A stretch of DNA of 64,000 nt, from the NCBI RefSeq assembly GCF_008831285.2, contig NC_045138.2, positions 7,564,001-7,628,000 of the forward strand, read 5' to 3'. Source of the DNA: Nymphaea colorata (taxonomy: Eukaryota). Both the position numbers and the translations under genes were made by a program. Positions 11,701 through 24,469 of the stretch are shown piece by piece. Below the pieces are notes generated by a model that was not told the origin of the DNA, searched no databases, and saw only the letters and a program-made list of their open reading frames with translations. Within the stretch, counting starts at the first letter, position 1; each line of letters begins with the position of its first letter.

Positions 11701-14538
11701 TGTGCGCGCACATGTTCTCGTACCTAAATTTTTCGAAGGTGCTCTTCACCCATACCTATGTGAGATAGTTTACGGCCGTCAATGAGATGTGGAAAAATTT
11801 GTAAAGCATAGTAAGCATCATATGCTACTAAGAATCTTATAGTTTATATGAAGTCATGTAGCAACTTAGAAGTGAATTGCAAGAAAGCACATAAGGGTTT
11901 CTAATTATGCGTACTACAACTATTTGACTTGGATCTTGTACCTTATCAAGATCATTGTGCCGTTTTTTTTTCTCTTCTTTTTTTTCCTTGCTTATCGATG
12001 TTAGAGTTAATTTAGTTAGATGCCAAATTTCTTCCATTGGTCAAAAAGAATTCCTAAAATAAGATCAATATTCAAATTTTTAAAATTCACCATTCTTGAT
12101 GTCAGCAAATAATCAGTCAGCTACAACATTTCATATAGATGTGAAACACATGCAATGGAACTGAGTTAGGCATGAAAGTCATTGGCATTTCAAATGCAAG
12201 TGAAGGACCATCATGAGGGCCTACTTAAGATAAGCAAACTCCCATTTGGGTGCTTACAATTTTCTGAAATTACATGTAAACTAGGGGGAAATTTTGAGGA
12301 ATCTACGCGCTCAACAAAACTCCATTGTAATTGTTTTTCATTCCCAAATATTTACTTTTCTCCTTTTCCATCCCAGTCCAAGCTCCAATATTCAAATAAT
12401 AAGTTCAACAAAGCTATAGAATTACTACTCTAAAGAGTCTAAAGTCTAAACATTGTTTTCTTGAGTCATGTTCAAACTTTGAAACCAAAACTAGAAATCA
12501 ATAAGTTTCATGCAACAAACTGAGTATCTTTATCATTTTAAAAGCTGTTATACATGAAGAGCAGCAGCACCCCAATACAAAGAGCAGACAACAAAGACAA
12601 TAATCTCTAGGAAAGGGACGAAACCTTAACCTATGAAATAACTTAAGATAGTAAAGTACAGATTTGCCCTCACTTACTGAGTTACAATAGTAAATAAGAT
12701 TGAAGCAAGTTATAGTAAAGAGAACCGAAATAGTCTTTGGCTAACAAAAGCATAAAAGTGGATCACAGGCCAGATGCAATGTTTTTTCTTTCTTTCCATC
12801 TACTGAGAGAAACCATCTTGTTCGAGGGATCCCAGTAGGGGCTGCAGGGTAACATGTTGACCAAGGATTGCTTCAGCCATAGCAGTGTAAAGCTCCTTGG
12901 GCTTCCTCACTGAGCTTCCTCCTTGTATGCTGAAGAAAGTTTTACGATTGACCTTGCTGCGTCATTACTGTTATTATGTTAACAGCTCAACCTAACTGTT
13001 AGAGATAACTCTAAAAGCTATAATAAGTAGCACAAGATTTTACCAGTGAGAATAGCATAATCTTCACTTATCTTCCCTATAAGCTCTTTATGGATATCCC
13101 TTACTTCATAAAGAAATTCAAATATAATGTCGTCAAGGGAAAAAAAAGAGATTGTCACAACTCATAATTAAACCTTCACATAATTTATTTTGCTCGGTAG
13201 TGGAAACATAAGTCCTAATTAAAAAGAATCAAATTATGCCAACAACATCTGCATAATTTCATTTTTTAGCAGCTCCCGGTAGCCAAAGCAAAACTTACTT
13301 CCAAGCCCATCTATATTACAGTAAAACAAACATGAAAAAGGAACTAGAAAAATGTGCTGATATAAATGAATATATGGTGAAGACACCACATGAAACATAT
13401 ATGTGAAACTATTGTTCCTGATAATATACAGACGTGTGTAAAGTTTAGAAGTTTGGTAAGGACGCACCAAGCGATCTCAAAGGTCAAAAGAAAAGAATTG
13501 TTCCAAAACCTACATAGATGCAAATAATATAATCACTTTCTTTACTCTAATTAGGTATAGTCAACATTACAACAGGAATTATGGAACGATTTAATATATT
13601 TCATTGCGTGGCATTGAGCGAAAGTTGAAAAGCATGGAAGATGGGTACATATTTCTTCTTTAGATGGCACGATTGCCTGGAGAACGAATCTTCTACTAGA
13701 AACTTAAGGCCAGTTGACAATTTGGACCTTAAAATACTCGTAGTAAGCCCCCACCTCAATAAACCGTGCACTTTCAAGATCCTGGACTCTCATAAACAAG
13801 CACAAAACCGGAATACGGTGTTAGGGGCTTATGTTCGAAAAGAATAATTTCTACAGAACGCCTAACCACTATTGTCATCTATCCTTACCACAGGAAACTC
13901 ATTTCTTGAACCAGCTTATCTTATACCAGTTATAAGACCCTCTTACCATAAACAAAACTCAGTTTCCAGCCTCTTCTCATTCCACGAACTAACATTACCT
14001 CCAGAAAAGTGAAAAGTAAAAATAGAAATAAAAGCAAAATATGCAGTTAACATAAGTATGAATCCAACAACCTAATTCTCCTATTTAATACCATTATATC
14101 GCTACATTAATCAACAGTGCAGACACAGAAACTGTTCATCCTTCATCCATTATTACCGGTCATTGATCGAATGAAAAAAAAAAACACGTACAGACATCAA
14201 TTCATCCGGAGAAAAATAAAAAGGCGAAAAGAAGAAAGTTTTAGAAGGCAAAAAACCTCAGAAACGGGCACACGATCAATAAAGAAAACCCTAAGAGAGT
14301 GCTCCCTAACAGGGAAGAAGAACAGTGAGTTTCGGTTGATGACCTGAAGGGCGTCAAACTCCTGATGGAGCCTTTCCTGTGAACGGACCTTGCTCCTGAG
14401 AAGCTGAAGGGCTTGGGAGCAGTATCGGACCTGCTCGGAGTTGAGGCGGAATTCCGGCGTGTCGCCGTACGCCTGCAGCAAGATGGAGTCCCTTGTTACG
14501 CAAGCAGAGGAGGAATTCCTAGCCGTAGAGGCAGCCAT
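4672..14538 (-). CDS. PTP1: Protein tyrosine phosphatase 1 (classical plant PTP), 8 coding exons, 337 aa
   Basis: Exons read by hand with GT-AG boundaries and consistent phases: 14538-14344, 9767-9671, 9529-9447, 9309-9169, 8863-8729, 7979-7831, 7722-7581, 4743-4672 (1014 nt, ends TAA). All classical PTP motifs are present: [49 protein letters not shown] (split across exons 6/7), [12 protein letters not shown]. Confidence 0.95.
5104..5926. repeat. Tandem duplication (about 420 bp x2) in PTP1 intron 7, each copy containing a (GT)n microsatellite
   Basis: AGAAGGTTATGAACCAAGAT...GGTACAAGACCAAACTTATAAG at about 5104 and 5523, colinear through to CTCCATGGTTTTTCT. Confidence 0.9.
7581..7722 (-). 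CDS. PTP1: PTP1 exon 7 (AGIGRTG...MVQTK)
   Basis: Within ORF 7473..7739; rest of the P-loop and start of the Q-loop. Confidence 0.94.
7831..7979 (-). CDS. PTP1: PTP1 exon 6 (WPD loop ...LVVHC)
   Basis: Within ORF 7812..7997; WPDHGVP motif. Confidence 0.94.
8729..8863 (-). CDS. PTP1: PTP1 exon 5 (VVKCGDYF...NNQE)
   Basis: Within ORF 8636..8869; TTTTGCAG acceptor, GTGAG donor. Confidence 0.93.
9169..9309 (-). CDS. PTP1: PTP1 exon 4 (PATGG...[19 protein letters not shown]...DNYK)
   Basis: CAG acceptor, GT donor, IATQGP/DFWEM motifs. Confidence 0.93.
9447..9529 (-). CDS. PTP1: PTP1 exon 3 (DDSRVVL...GYINASFIR)
   Basis: CAG acceptor, GT donor, YINAS motif. Confidence 0.92.
9671..9767 (-). CDS. 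PTP1: PTP1 exon 2 (ASRLRKSEM...[10 protein letters not shown])
   Basis: TAG acceptor, GTGAG donor, KNRY motif. Confidence 0.92.
10088..11681. mobile_element. Non-autonomous TIR element(s), probably nested, in PTP1 intron 1
   Basis: Inverted ends CTAAGTCACATGGGGTAC (10088) / GTACCCATGTGACTTAG (11665-11681); an internal segment at about 10520-11290 has CGTATCG/CGATACG subterminal repeats. No clear TSD. Confidence 0.5.
14344..14538 (-). CDS. PTP1: PTP1 exon 1 ([10 protein letters not shown]...HQEFDALQ)
   Basis: ATG at 14538 in a GCCATGG context; GC-rich; donor CAG|GT at 14344/14343. Confidence 0.88.
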
Positions 14539-16013
14539 GGCCGACCGCCGGGTGCGGACGGTGTTCCCCGTCTTCGCCGGAAATTCTTCCGCCCGATTAG
14601 AGAGAGCCTCCGCCGTCCGATTCAAAGAACTGTGGCAAGCATGCCATCATTTGAAACAGGGAGGTCTTTAAGGGACTGCGGGTGGCTACTCGTTCACACC
14701 AAGGTTAATCCAAAAATCAAGCCCCAGTTGCATTTTCTGCCATTTGTCCAGAAAAAAAGGAGACAAGCGATGCTTAAATACCATATGAATGTAATGCTCT
14801 CACAATACCTGAAAATGCAAAGAATAAAATATATTAACCAAGAAAATGTAAAAATTAATATGTATATACAGGAAATGCATATATTAGCGCTCATCAAGTG
14901 TCACTGAAAAAATTTAACGGAAAAAACTATATCAACATTGATCTTCAATAGCGTTCCCCAAGTGTCACTGAAATCATTTAGTGGGGAAAACAATGCATCA
15001 CAACAAATGAAAGTAAAGTCAGTGATTCCCTTTAGTAGCATTGTTTGCATATGCCACAGACCTTCTATGGCAAAGACAACGCGTGTCAGTACTGAAAGCC
15101 TTTTAGTGACACGCAAAATATATCATTATATATTTTTATTGGCTGCCAAAGGATGTCATTGAAGTAGTTTTCATTGGTGCTTCTATACCGCTTTGTATGG
15201 TTGGTATAAAAAAAAATTGAGTGAACAGTTTGTTCTCACATTTTGGAAGAACGAAAAATAAAATTATGCTCTTTCTTGAACTATCTCCAACTATGGTACC
15301 AAGTGTGGAGCGGGGAATTTTTTTTCTAGAAAGAGCCATTATATAATTTCTAAAATTATTGCATGGTTCAAATTAATAGTAAATTTTTTATTTTTCTAAA
15401 ACTCAGGGGGCATAAAATGCAATAATTGTAAAAGTGTTTAGGCGCACGCATCAGTGGTTCTAGTGACTATCAGTTGTAGAGGTTTTATATTCACCTTCTT
15501 ATATATGGAATGGGTTCATCAACCAATAAATTTGAGATTGATTGTGCCAAGAAAACCTGAATTGGAAACAACTCAGGTGTTTTCCCTTATGTTTGAAAGG
15601 AGTAGTTTTCCATTAAAAGGATGAGCTGAGAAAAACTTATGCATGATCCATTGCTTCACAATGCTTTCTAAGAGGTTGTCTCTCCTTATATTCAAAAGCC
15701 CCTTTGTTTAAGCTCAACTATTGCACAGAAATATTTGTATTTTGGTGGCTTTTTGTTTAATATAGTTTTTGTTTAATGTTTCAATGCTGAATGTACGTGT
15801 TGAAATGTGGTAACTCTTCTATATTTGATAGGCTTCTCTGCAAGGCAAATTTTTTTGTAAGGTCATTTATATAATTTTTGTGGGTTTGCCCTGATTCCCA
15901 TATTTAAGAGGGGCAATTCCTTGTATTCTTTGATCTTTTGTGTGATAATGAGAAAAACTTTGACCAGTTGTGGATAAAGGGGAGTTGTGGATAAAGGGGA
16001 ATCTTGTCTTTAA

Positions 16014-18122
16014 AGGGCCGTTTGATGCACAGGGAAGAATTTAATGTGGTAAATTTTTTTGAAAAAAAAAAAACATGATGAAATTTAACCCTCTTTCGAT
16101 TTGAGGTCATGTTTGATTCACTGGAAGAATTTAACCTGTTAATTTTAACTCTGTTTGATGCACAATGAAGAATTTAACCATGTTTGATGCACATGATAGA
16201 TGATTTAGGAGACTTTTTTTTGTATGACAACATTGGTAAATTTAAAAGTTTTTTGTGACAATTCTTGCACATGTTATGTACATGTTTAGGAAGTTGCTGA
16301 TTTTGATCCTTGGAACGTGTGTACAAGATATTTGCTGGTTATAAGTGCCATTGAGACATAACAACAAACGTTTTCCCTTGGCCTAAAAAAGGAACGGTGT
16401 AGTAGATTTATACCCAATCAAGCACATTTAAAAGCCACGGTCTGGAAATTTCCAAGAGTCGTATATCATAATTTAATTCCATTAAAGATCATGTCGGAAA
16501 TTATAGCTAGAATCACCATATCCACTATGCTAGACTGTTACACTCAAAATGGCTACTCACATAAGGAAAGATCTGACAATAAGAACGCCAACAAACAATA
16601 GGGTAAGGCCGAACCCAAATGTATCCCACATTGCCAGATCCTCGACACAAGGACAAAAAACACATCTCCCAATTCTTATGCCATAGTGCATTGATATTGC
16701 ATAATATTATTACATACATGCAGGAAAACGCAGCAACAAGTATCTTCCACGGCAAGAGAACAAAAGCTTGTGGTGAACGCTAATGTTCTTCTCATGCCAC
16801 TAGAACTTTACAGATGGTATATGATTTCTTTCCTATTCTACACTACATCTGTTCAGTTCATTAACTGCTTGCTGCAAAGAATGGCTGATATCACCAAGTC
16901 CCCAAGCCAATGATATATGTGGCCGATGATTCTGCATAAATCAACTTGGAAGTCAAGTTTATGACTAATATGTGGAAATACAAAATTGCAGTTGCAGAAT
17001 GGTATGAGAAAGCAGACAAATTTTCTCTATAATGGGAACAAATTTTAGAATGAATACCTTCGTTCAAGGGCTTGCTCATCTTATTCTAATAAACCAATAA
17101 TTCAGGTTTATGCTTCAGAAAGCTACATCAAGATACTCTGTCTTTTGACAAGTGGTTACACCACCCAATGAATCTAAGTGAACCGGTTCAAATGTTTTTT
17201 CAATGTAGTAGGATTAAGTTCAATCAAGATGACTGATTTCATTTTATCTATTACTAATTTATTCAGAAGTAATGTCCTTGGTGACAGATTTATTCAGAAG
17301 TAATGTCGAGCAACGGCGAAGCATGTCTTGTTACCTATTACTAATTCATCTGACCTTCGTGACTGATTTATTCAGAAGTAATGTCGAGCATTTTCTCTAT
17401 TATGCAGGAAAACAGAATATACAAATGATCTTAAATCAGCCAAGTCCTATGAGATTGAAGCAAAATGAAGACAGAACACAGAGATTTTCCTCATAACAGA
17501 AACAAGCAAAAGGATAGTTGACAGGCGGAGCAAGAGAGAAACCTGTGGCGTGAGTGGGATTTTTGGGCGTTTTTGAAAGGGACACAACGACAGCACGAGA
17601 GATACCTGTGGCGATGGTGAACCGGCTGTTTAATGCTCAACTGCGAGGGAGGAGGAGACCGTGAGGGGAAAATGGGCGAGAGAGGGAAAAATCGAGAGCA
17701 AGAGAGAAAGACATCAGCAAGAGCAACAGCGAAACACAGAAAAAAACTTTGGGCGTTTACAGGAAACCCTTACATGTGGCGATTACGAACGATAGACCAG
17801 TGGAGGAGCAACGACTGTGGCGTTGGCGAACTGGCGGTGTGGCGATGGCGATGGTGGGAGCTCTGGCCCTTTCTCTCTACTGCATCCCTTTTCTCTGCCG
17901 GTGAGGACGACGGCGACAGCGGAGCGGCGACGGTGCGACAGTGAGAAGGCGACAGGGTCGAGCGAGGATGAGCTGCGGGCGGAGGGAGGAAATGAGGGGG
18001 AAGGGGGAGATGTCGAGCGCGGGGGGAGAGGGTGTCGAGTGGGTGGAATTCACCCCGTTTGATGCAATTTTTGTCGGGCAGGTGAAAAAAACGGTATTTC
18101 AACCGGGCAATCAAACGCTCCT
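16014..18122. mobile_element. PIF/Harbinger-like non-autonomous element
   Basis: TAA|AGGGCCGTTTGAT ... ATCAAACGCTCCT|TAA (3-bp TAA TSD); shares subterminal motifs (TGGTAAATTTTT, GGTGGAATTC.ACCCCGTTTGATG) with 30279-31511. Confidence 0.65.
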
Positions 18123-18125
18123 TAA

Positions 18126-18773
18126 GGTAGTGTTTGATGCTGGAAATTTGAAATTGAAAATATATTTTTGAAAATGTATTTCATAAAAAAATGGAATGAG
18201 AAAAAATTTTCTAGATTGTCATCATGTGTGTGTGATGAATGAGAAATAACTTTTCAGAAATTTATTACTTAGTTTGATGAAATAGAAATATATTTCTAGA
18301 TTTAGGAGAAGAAGGGAGCAAGAAAGGAAGAAGTGAGGGGGATGCAGAGGTAAAAGGGAAGGAGGGAGGAGGAAGAGAGGCAGAAGAAAAAGAGAAGAAG
18401 GGAGGTGGAAAAACGGAGCGAGGGAGGAAGAAGGGAGGCGGAGGAAGGAGGGAAGAGGAAGAAGAGAGGCAGAGGAAGAAGGGAATGAGGGAGGAGGAAT
18501 TGAGGAAGAAGGGAGGCGGAGAAAGAAGGGAACGAGGGAGGACGAAGAAGGGAGCGAGGGAGGAGGAGGAAAAAGGGAAGGAGGGAGGAAGAAGGGAAGG
18601 AGGGAGGAGATAGATTGGAGGTAGAGAAAGAAGGGAGGCGGAGAGCGAGGGAGGAAGCGTAAGGGTCAAAAAAAAATTTTTCCGGCTCTCAGTTGGAAAA
18701 ATTTTTCTAGAAATATATTTCAGTTTTCAGCTCCGATAGTCCAAAATTTTTTTCTAGAGCATCAAACGTGCCC
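18126..18773. mobile_element. Harbinger/Tourist-like element with a polypurine (GGA/GAA) core, relic-unit copy
   Basis: GGTAGTGTTTGATGC ... GCATCAAACGTGCCC with TAA/TTA flanks; core about 18305-18660. Confidence 0.65.
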
Positions 18774-20849
18774 TTAAGGAAACCCATTGAACGTTGAAAG
18801 GATTATTGCCATTCTCCTTAGTTTCCTCAATAATCTTGATTCCTGTATGTAAAGTTCACCAAACATTCATATTCATCATGTATTATATATATCCTTGTAA
18901 AGCAAAGAGAAAGAAAATAGAGGAAATCAAAGGGACTGCTGCTCTGGTGTTCTTAGTGGATGTAGGTTTATGAACCAAACCACTTAAAATCTGTGTTTCA
19001 ATTCTTCCTTCTCCACTTCTCTCCCACTTCAACATAAGCATTTCTTGTAAATCCTTCCTTTAATAAATTAATGGAGGCATAACCTCCAGCAGCATTGTTG
19101 TGGGGAACGCATAGTAATATAAAACGGTGATATTGCTGAAAATCACAAGTGTTCACAATTCCTAACATGTCATGATTTAATGAGTGATTGGTAGAAGCCA
19201 GACCAATAGATCGGAGACAAAAACCAGACCTCTTAAATATGATATTTAAGGTGTTTTTTTTTTCTTTTGAAATTTAAGCTTACCAATATGATCTTAAGGA
19301 TAGGTTGATGCAAAATATATATTAAGTTGATCATTTTTTGGGTTTTAATAAACCACCAAAAACGAATGGCACCCATAACATCAATATTTTTTAAATAGAG
19401 AAATCAACATTTTTCAAAAAAACAACTTGATTCAAAGCATGTTTTATATCAAAATAGTTTTTATAAATATATAGGATGTTTATGTTTCATCTAAAATAAT
19501 TTTTTAGCAAAAATTCGAAGGGTCAATTTCTCTGATTTAACTATAACCCCTTTTCATTTAAGTTGACCTTGTGTGCTTAATACTAAAGGAAATTCTATTA
19601 CAACCCTATTAAACTTATTGTTTTTTTGATATACTTTAATTCCAGGTATCATAGATTTCCTATTGATACAAAGGAAAAAATTGTGACTTAAGTTGAAAAC
19701 TTTTGCACATAAATCCAGGCAGAGCCAGAAAATTTTGGTTAAGAGGTATTAAGAAGGACCTTCAAGATCTTATTGAAATAAATGAGAAAAATGATCCTGA
19801 AGTATTAATTTAAAAATAAGCATTTTCGGGTCAGTGTGGGCAATTTCCCATGCAATGTCCACATCTGCTTCCTCCCCAGCATAAAACTGACTGGATGCAT
19901 AACTTTTAGAAACTTTGTACACTTGATGTCTCTCAAGCAAAAATACACTTCTGCTATGAGGAAAAACGATAATGAAACATCTATGTTGTACTGTAATATA
20001 AACACCATTTACATAAACGAAATTGAAAAAGAAAAAGAAAATAAAGAGCTCATTACATCCATCTGTAATAGAATGAACAAATGAAAAAGCTTTTGCACAT
20101 GCCCGTTCTATTTTTGTATGATACAATTTAGACGTTTGAGAAAGATTTATGTTCCTAAAAACATTTACATCCGTGAATGTGAAGTTTTTTCTAATGAAAT
20201 TTTTCTTTGTTAGAATGATCTATAGAACTTTTAGACAAAAGTTTAATGCATTTTTGCTTGATATGTATCCTGATATAAACATCCTTGTGCTTTTTGGGGA
20301 TTTCTACACCATGAAGGGCCCAGCAGACGTGGTCGTTCCCCTAATGCATGTTCTTGTAAAGATTTTATCAAATTTTTTAATAATGGCCGTCCGAAAATTA
20401 TAAATGGTCCAATATGTTCATACACTTGGTCTAATAACAGATTGGAAGAAGAAAATATTAGATGCTGACTTGACTGGCGATTGTTAATAACAGAAGTGCA
20501 TTTTTTTCGAAAAAAAACGTGGAAAATTAAATGGCCGTTTAAAACTTGAAAAACGAGTTTTAAAAAAAAAAAGTTAAAAACGACGGTTTTTCAGTGTTTT
20601 AATGTTAAACAGTTTTATTTTTTCATTTTTTATTTTTTATTTGTTGCAAATCTACTTTTCTTTTGATGTTTGTGTTATTAGTTTCTCACTTACCCCCATT
20701 TTTAGTTTTTTTTTTATAATTTTCAAAAATTTACTGTATTTTCCCTTTTTTTATTTTCTTAAGCTCATCTCACCATTTAAAACTTCGAGACGTTATTTGT
20801 AACTATGCATTCACGGATGTAAATGTTAATACTATGTGGTGGCATAATG

Positions 20850-21140
20850 TGAACATGAAGTTTTCATTAAGAGTAATCTTCGCAAAGACAATATCTGATC
20901 ACCGTGCCCTTCTCTTACATATTAATGAGAGGTTTTGTGGCCGTGGTGGTAAATCTCAATTTAGATTTTTGAGCTGCTGGATGATGGGGGATGACCATGA
21001 ACAGATGATTAAAGATTGTTGGGCAGCTTGGGCCAGTGGTTGTAGCATGATGAGAGTTATAAAAAAGTTGGAATATGTTCCCCGCTCTCTCTCATGGTGG
21101 AACTCTTAACATTTTTTTTGTAAATCCCATACAATCTGCT
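20850..21140 (+). mobile_element. LINE ORF2 fragment (end of the endonuclease and linker)
   Basis: SDHRALLL...FRFLSCW...IKDCW...KKL resembles the plant LINE SDH...FRF..W region. Confidence 0.65.
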
Positions 21141-21738
21141 TTGAAACAGCAATTGACCACCTACCAATCTGTAATACCATATACCAATCTGTAATACAGT
21201 TTTGAGGATCCCCATGAGTGACTGGTAGATGTCAGACCACCTAGGTAAGAGATAAAAATAGACCTCTTAAATTCAGTGTTAAAAATTGTTTTAAACAATA
21301 TATGAACCTTCTAATGTGTTTATAAACTTTAATTTTACATAAATCAGACTTTAGTTCAAATCATTTATTTTTAATTGATCTTTGCACTGTCAAAATTTTC
21401 TCATTATAAGAGCTGCTCATTTTTATTATTAAAAAACATTATTTACGCAAAAATATGACCTACTTAGTTAATGTATGTTTCTTGCCAAATCACTTTTATG
21501 ATCATATTTATCAGATTAGGTTGCACTATATATTAATAATTAATTTTAATAAGTTTGGTTTTTGTCCCTTAATCGCTTAGTTTTTACCAACTTTTCTATA
21601 TTATATTATATATTATATTATACTATACTACAGTGTATATACATATATAAAAAATATCATAGAAGCCGAACGGAGGAGATTGGGAGAGGAATGATTCAGT
21701 CACAGGGCTGCTGCAACCTTCAACTTGACTCTTCCTTA

Positions 21739-22695
21739 GGTAGTGTTTGATGGCTGGTAATTTGAAATTGGAAATATATTTCATGGAAAAATGGAATGAG
21801 AAAACTTTTTTTGGATTCTCATTTGATGTGTGTGTGATGACTAAGAAAATAATTTTCAAAAATTTATTTCTTAGTTTTATGAAATAGAAATATATTTTCA
21901 GGTTTAGGAGAAGAAGGGAGCGAGGAAGGAAGAAGTGAGCTGGATGAAGAAGGGAAGGAGGGAGGAAGAAGGGAGTGAGGGAGGAGGAAGAAGGGAGCGA
22001 GGGAGGAAGGAGGGAGGATGGAGGAGGGAGGAGGAAGAAGGGCAGGAGGGAGGAGGAAGAAGAGAGCGAGGGAGGAAAAAAGGAAGCGGAGGAAAAAGGG
22101 AAGGAGGGAGGAGGAAAAGGGAGCGAGGGAGGAAGAAGAGAAGGAGGGAGGAGGAAGGGAGGAAGAAGAGAGGCGGAGGAAAAAGGGAAGGAGAGAGGAG
22201 GAATAAGGGAGGCGGAGGAGGGAGGGAGGAGGAAAAAGGGAGCGAAGGAGGAAGAATGAAGGCGGAGGAAAAAGGGAAGGAGTGTGGAGGAAGAAGGGAG
22301 GCAGAGGAAGAAGGGAAGAGGGAGGAGGAAGGGACGAAGAAGGGAGGCGGAGGAAAAAAGGAAGGAGGGAGGAGGAAGAAGGGAGCGAGGGAGGAGGAGG
22401 AAAAAGGGAAGGAGTGAAGGAGGAGGAGGAAAAATGGAAGGAGGGAGGAGGAAAAATGGAAGGAGGGAGGAGGTGGAGGAAGAAGGGAGGCAGAGAGCGA
22501 GGGAAGAAGCGTAATGGTCAAAATAAAATTTCGGAAAAAATTTTTCCAGCACTCAGTTGGAAAAATTTTTCTGGATATATATTTCCGTTTTCAGCTCCAA
22601 CAGTCAAAAATTTGTTTCCTTGTCTGACAAAGCGGAAAAGTTTTTAAAAGTTTGAAATAAATTTTTTGTGCTACAGTAGATTTCTAGGGGTGCCC
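21739..22695. mobile_element. Harbinger/Tourist-like element with a roughly 600-bp polypurine core (unit A)
   Basis: TTA|GGTAGTGTTTGAT ... GTGCCC|TTA; the right TIR has lost its CATCAAAC core. The overlapping Pro/Ser/Phe and Gly/Arg/Glu ORFs are low-complexity artefacts. Confidence 0.7.
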
Positions 22696-24207
22696 TTAAG
22701 GAAACATGTAGAAATTTGTGTGAAGAATGAAATCAGTAAAGAAAATAATGTTTTTAACCTCGTGAACAACAAAGCTAATAAGACTACTGAAAACTTTTTG
22801 TAGGGCGCTATTTATTTTTTTTATTTTATATTTTTATGGGAGCCAAATTAAAACGTTAGAAAATATTTACATGTAATTTTCTTTTTAAGATAGGAACGTG
22901 GCACACCTAGCTCACCTAACAGCTGATAAGCAGCCAGTCCTTGATGGGATTAAGTTTTGTATGTCATCCGCATGTACACAACGTGTGCATGATGGGGTAG
23001 ACCCTATTACCATTATACTTATTCATTCTAACATTGCTGATAACAGCATGAGATAGTGAGTATGAGATAATGAGTATGAGATAATGAGTATAAGATAGCA
23101 ACGCTTCCAGTTAGAGGTGTATATTAGTCATAATAATTTGCATATGTGGCAATCATTTGGTCAGAGCGTTATCGAATCCCAAAACCTTACTTTTTTGGAT
23201 TCTTTTTTGTTCTTACATAATAACTTCACTTTTTCTATTAACCAATCGCATTTTTTATCATGATTATATTGGAGGACAAAAGAATCGTGCACGTCCGTGC
23301 CATATATGTCTGGCTTCCGTCCATGTTCAAGTTATAAAAACACCAACCTCTTGCTCCTTCTGATGGACCTAAGGGATGAGAGAGAAGCCTGGCGGTTTTA
23401 TAACTTCTCTTAAAAAAAAAAAAAAAACAAAACATACATAGCTTTATGACATCTCAATTTCTTGAATGTAAGACTATTTTCATGCAAATTTTCACTTTAG
23501 AATATCCTGTTCAATCAACTAAGCCCTCCAATCAAAATCGTATGGTTGGAGATACGTTTAGTGTGAACACAGGTTACTTTTGTTTACAGGAGGAGGGGAG
23601 CCTAACTCCCAGCAACTCTTCATTGGAACTACAACGTTTATAGTGTGAACACATGTTACTATTGTAGCTGTCATTTACTAATAGAGGCATCTCAAAGATC
23701 GATATAGAAGTGTCAAATAGTTTCAAAATTACGACTATAGTAAGACGATAAAAATTACAAAATGGGGACACACAAAGTTTGAGGAAATAACAGACCACCA
23801 CTCAACTTAATTTTAAAGGTTAACAAAATCGCACATTCAACGTTCGACAGAAATTCTTAATGAGTTGCCTACAACCAACAAACGTTCATTGATGATATAA
23901 ATGGTAAAAAAATAAAAAATATCACAGACAACGAACATTAATTTATGACATAAAATGATTAAATATCTGTCATGAAAAACCACTTCTCCCATGGAAGACG
24001 AAAGAAGTTTTTTTAAAGAAAAATATGTTTGGCATTATATATCAAAAATTAACATTTTCCATTTACTGATGGCTATTTGAGTATTTCTCACTAAAGTTGA
24101 TGATATATTTGTAATTTGCTTTTAAAGCTGATAAGATTATTTTTCATTTGCCCAAATGTTACTATGTCAGGTGCCTCTCATAATATATCTTTGGGTAAAA
24201 TTTGGTG

Positions 24208-24450
24208 TCAAACATTAATTGAAAAAACATGTAAAATTTCTTTGTAAACTATTGATGATGTATATTTAGCATTGTTTGCGGCATTATCCAAAACAACTTG
24301 TGCAACTCTAGCATTATAACTAGCTAAAGTTTTAATGAACTTAATAAAGTTATTTTGATTCAATGAACATGAACTTTCATCATGGCCGTTAAAAGCACAA
24401 ACTCGAAATGCTAACCAACTAACTGTATTTAGAGATGCCTTCAACCTCAA
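24208..24450 (-). mobile_element. hAT-related transposase fragment (DUF4371/ZMYM1-like)
   Basis: RLKASL..V.WLA...CAFNGHDES...NF...LA.YN......NA..NAKYTS...KEIL. Confidence 0.8.
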
Positions 24451-24469
24451 GCTGTTGTTTCGACATCCT

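Larger units (their letters stand above)
18126..21200. repeat. Deleted relic third copy of the 15.2-kb unit
   Basis: Colinear homology to 21739-22705, 25313-25752, 26755-28291 and 36375-36434, joined at deletion junctions. Confidence 0.85.

Noticed and set aside
12780..12940. Exon-like segment in PTP1 intron 1 (minus strand, CTTTCTTCAG acceptor)
   Set aside because: The PTP1 reading frame is complete without it, and I found no clear donor or homology.
14413..14907. 164-aa plus-strand ORF
   Set aside because: Antisense to the GC-rich PTP1 exon 1 and 5' region, with no recognisable domain.
21623..22647. Long Pro/Ser/Phe-rich and Gly/Arg/Glu-rich ORFs (also 18265-18669 and 37026-37853) that look like extensin or RGG proteins
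   Set aside because: They are stop-free readings of a polypurine repeat inside a TIR element, open in several frames on both strands.
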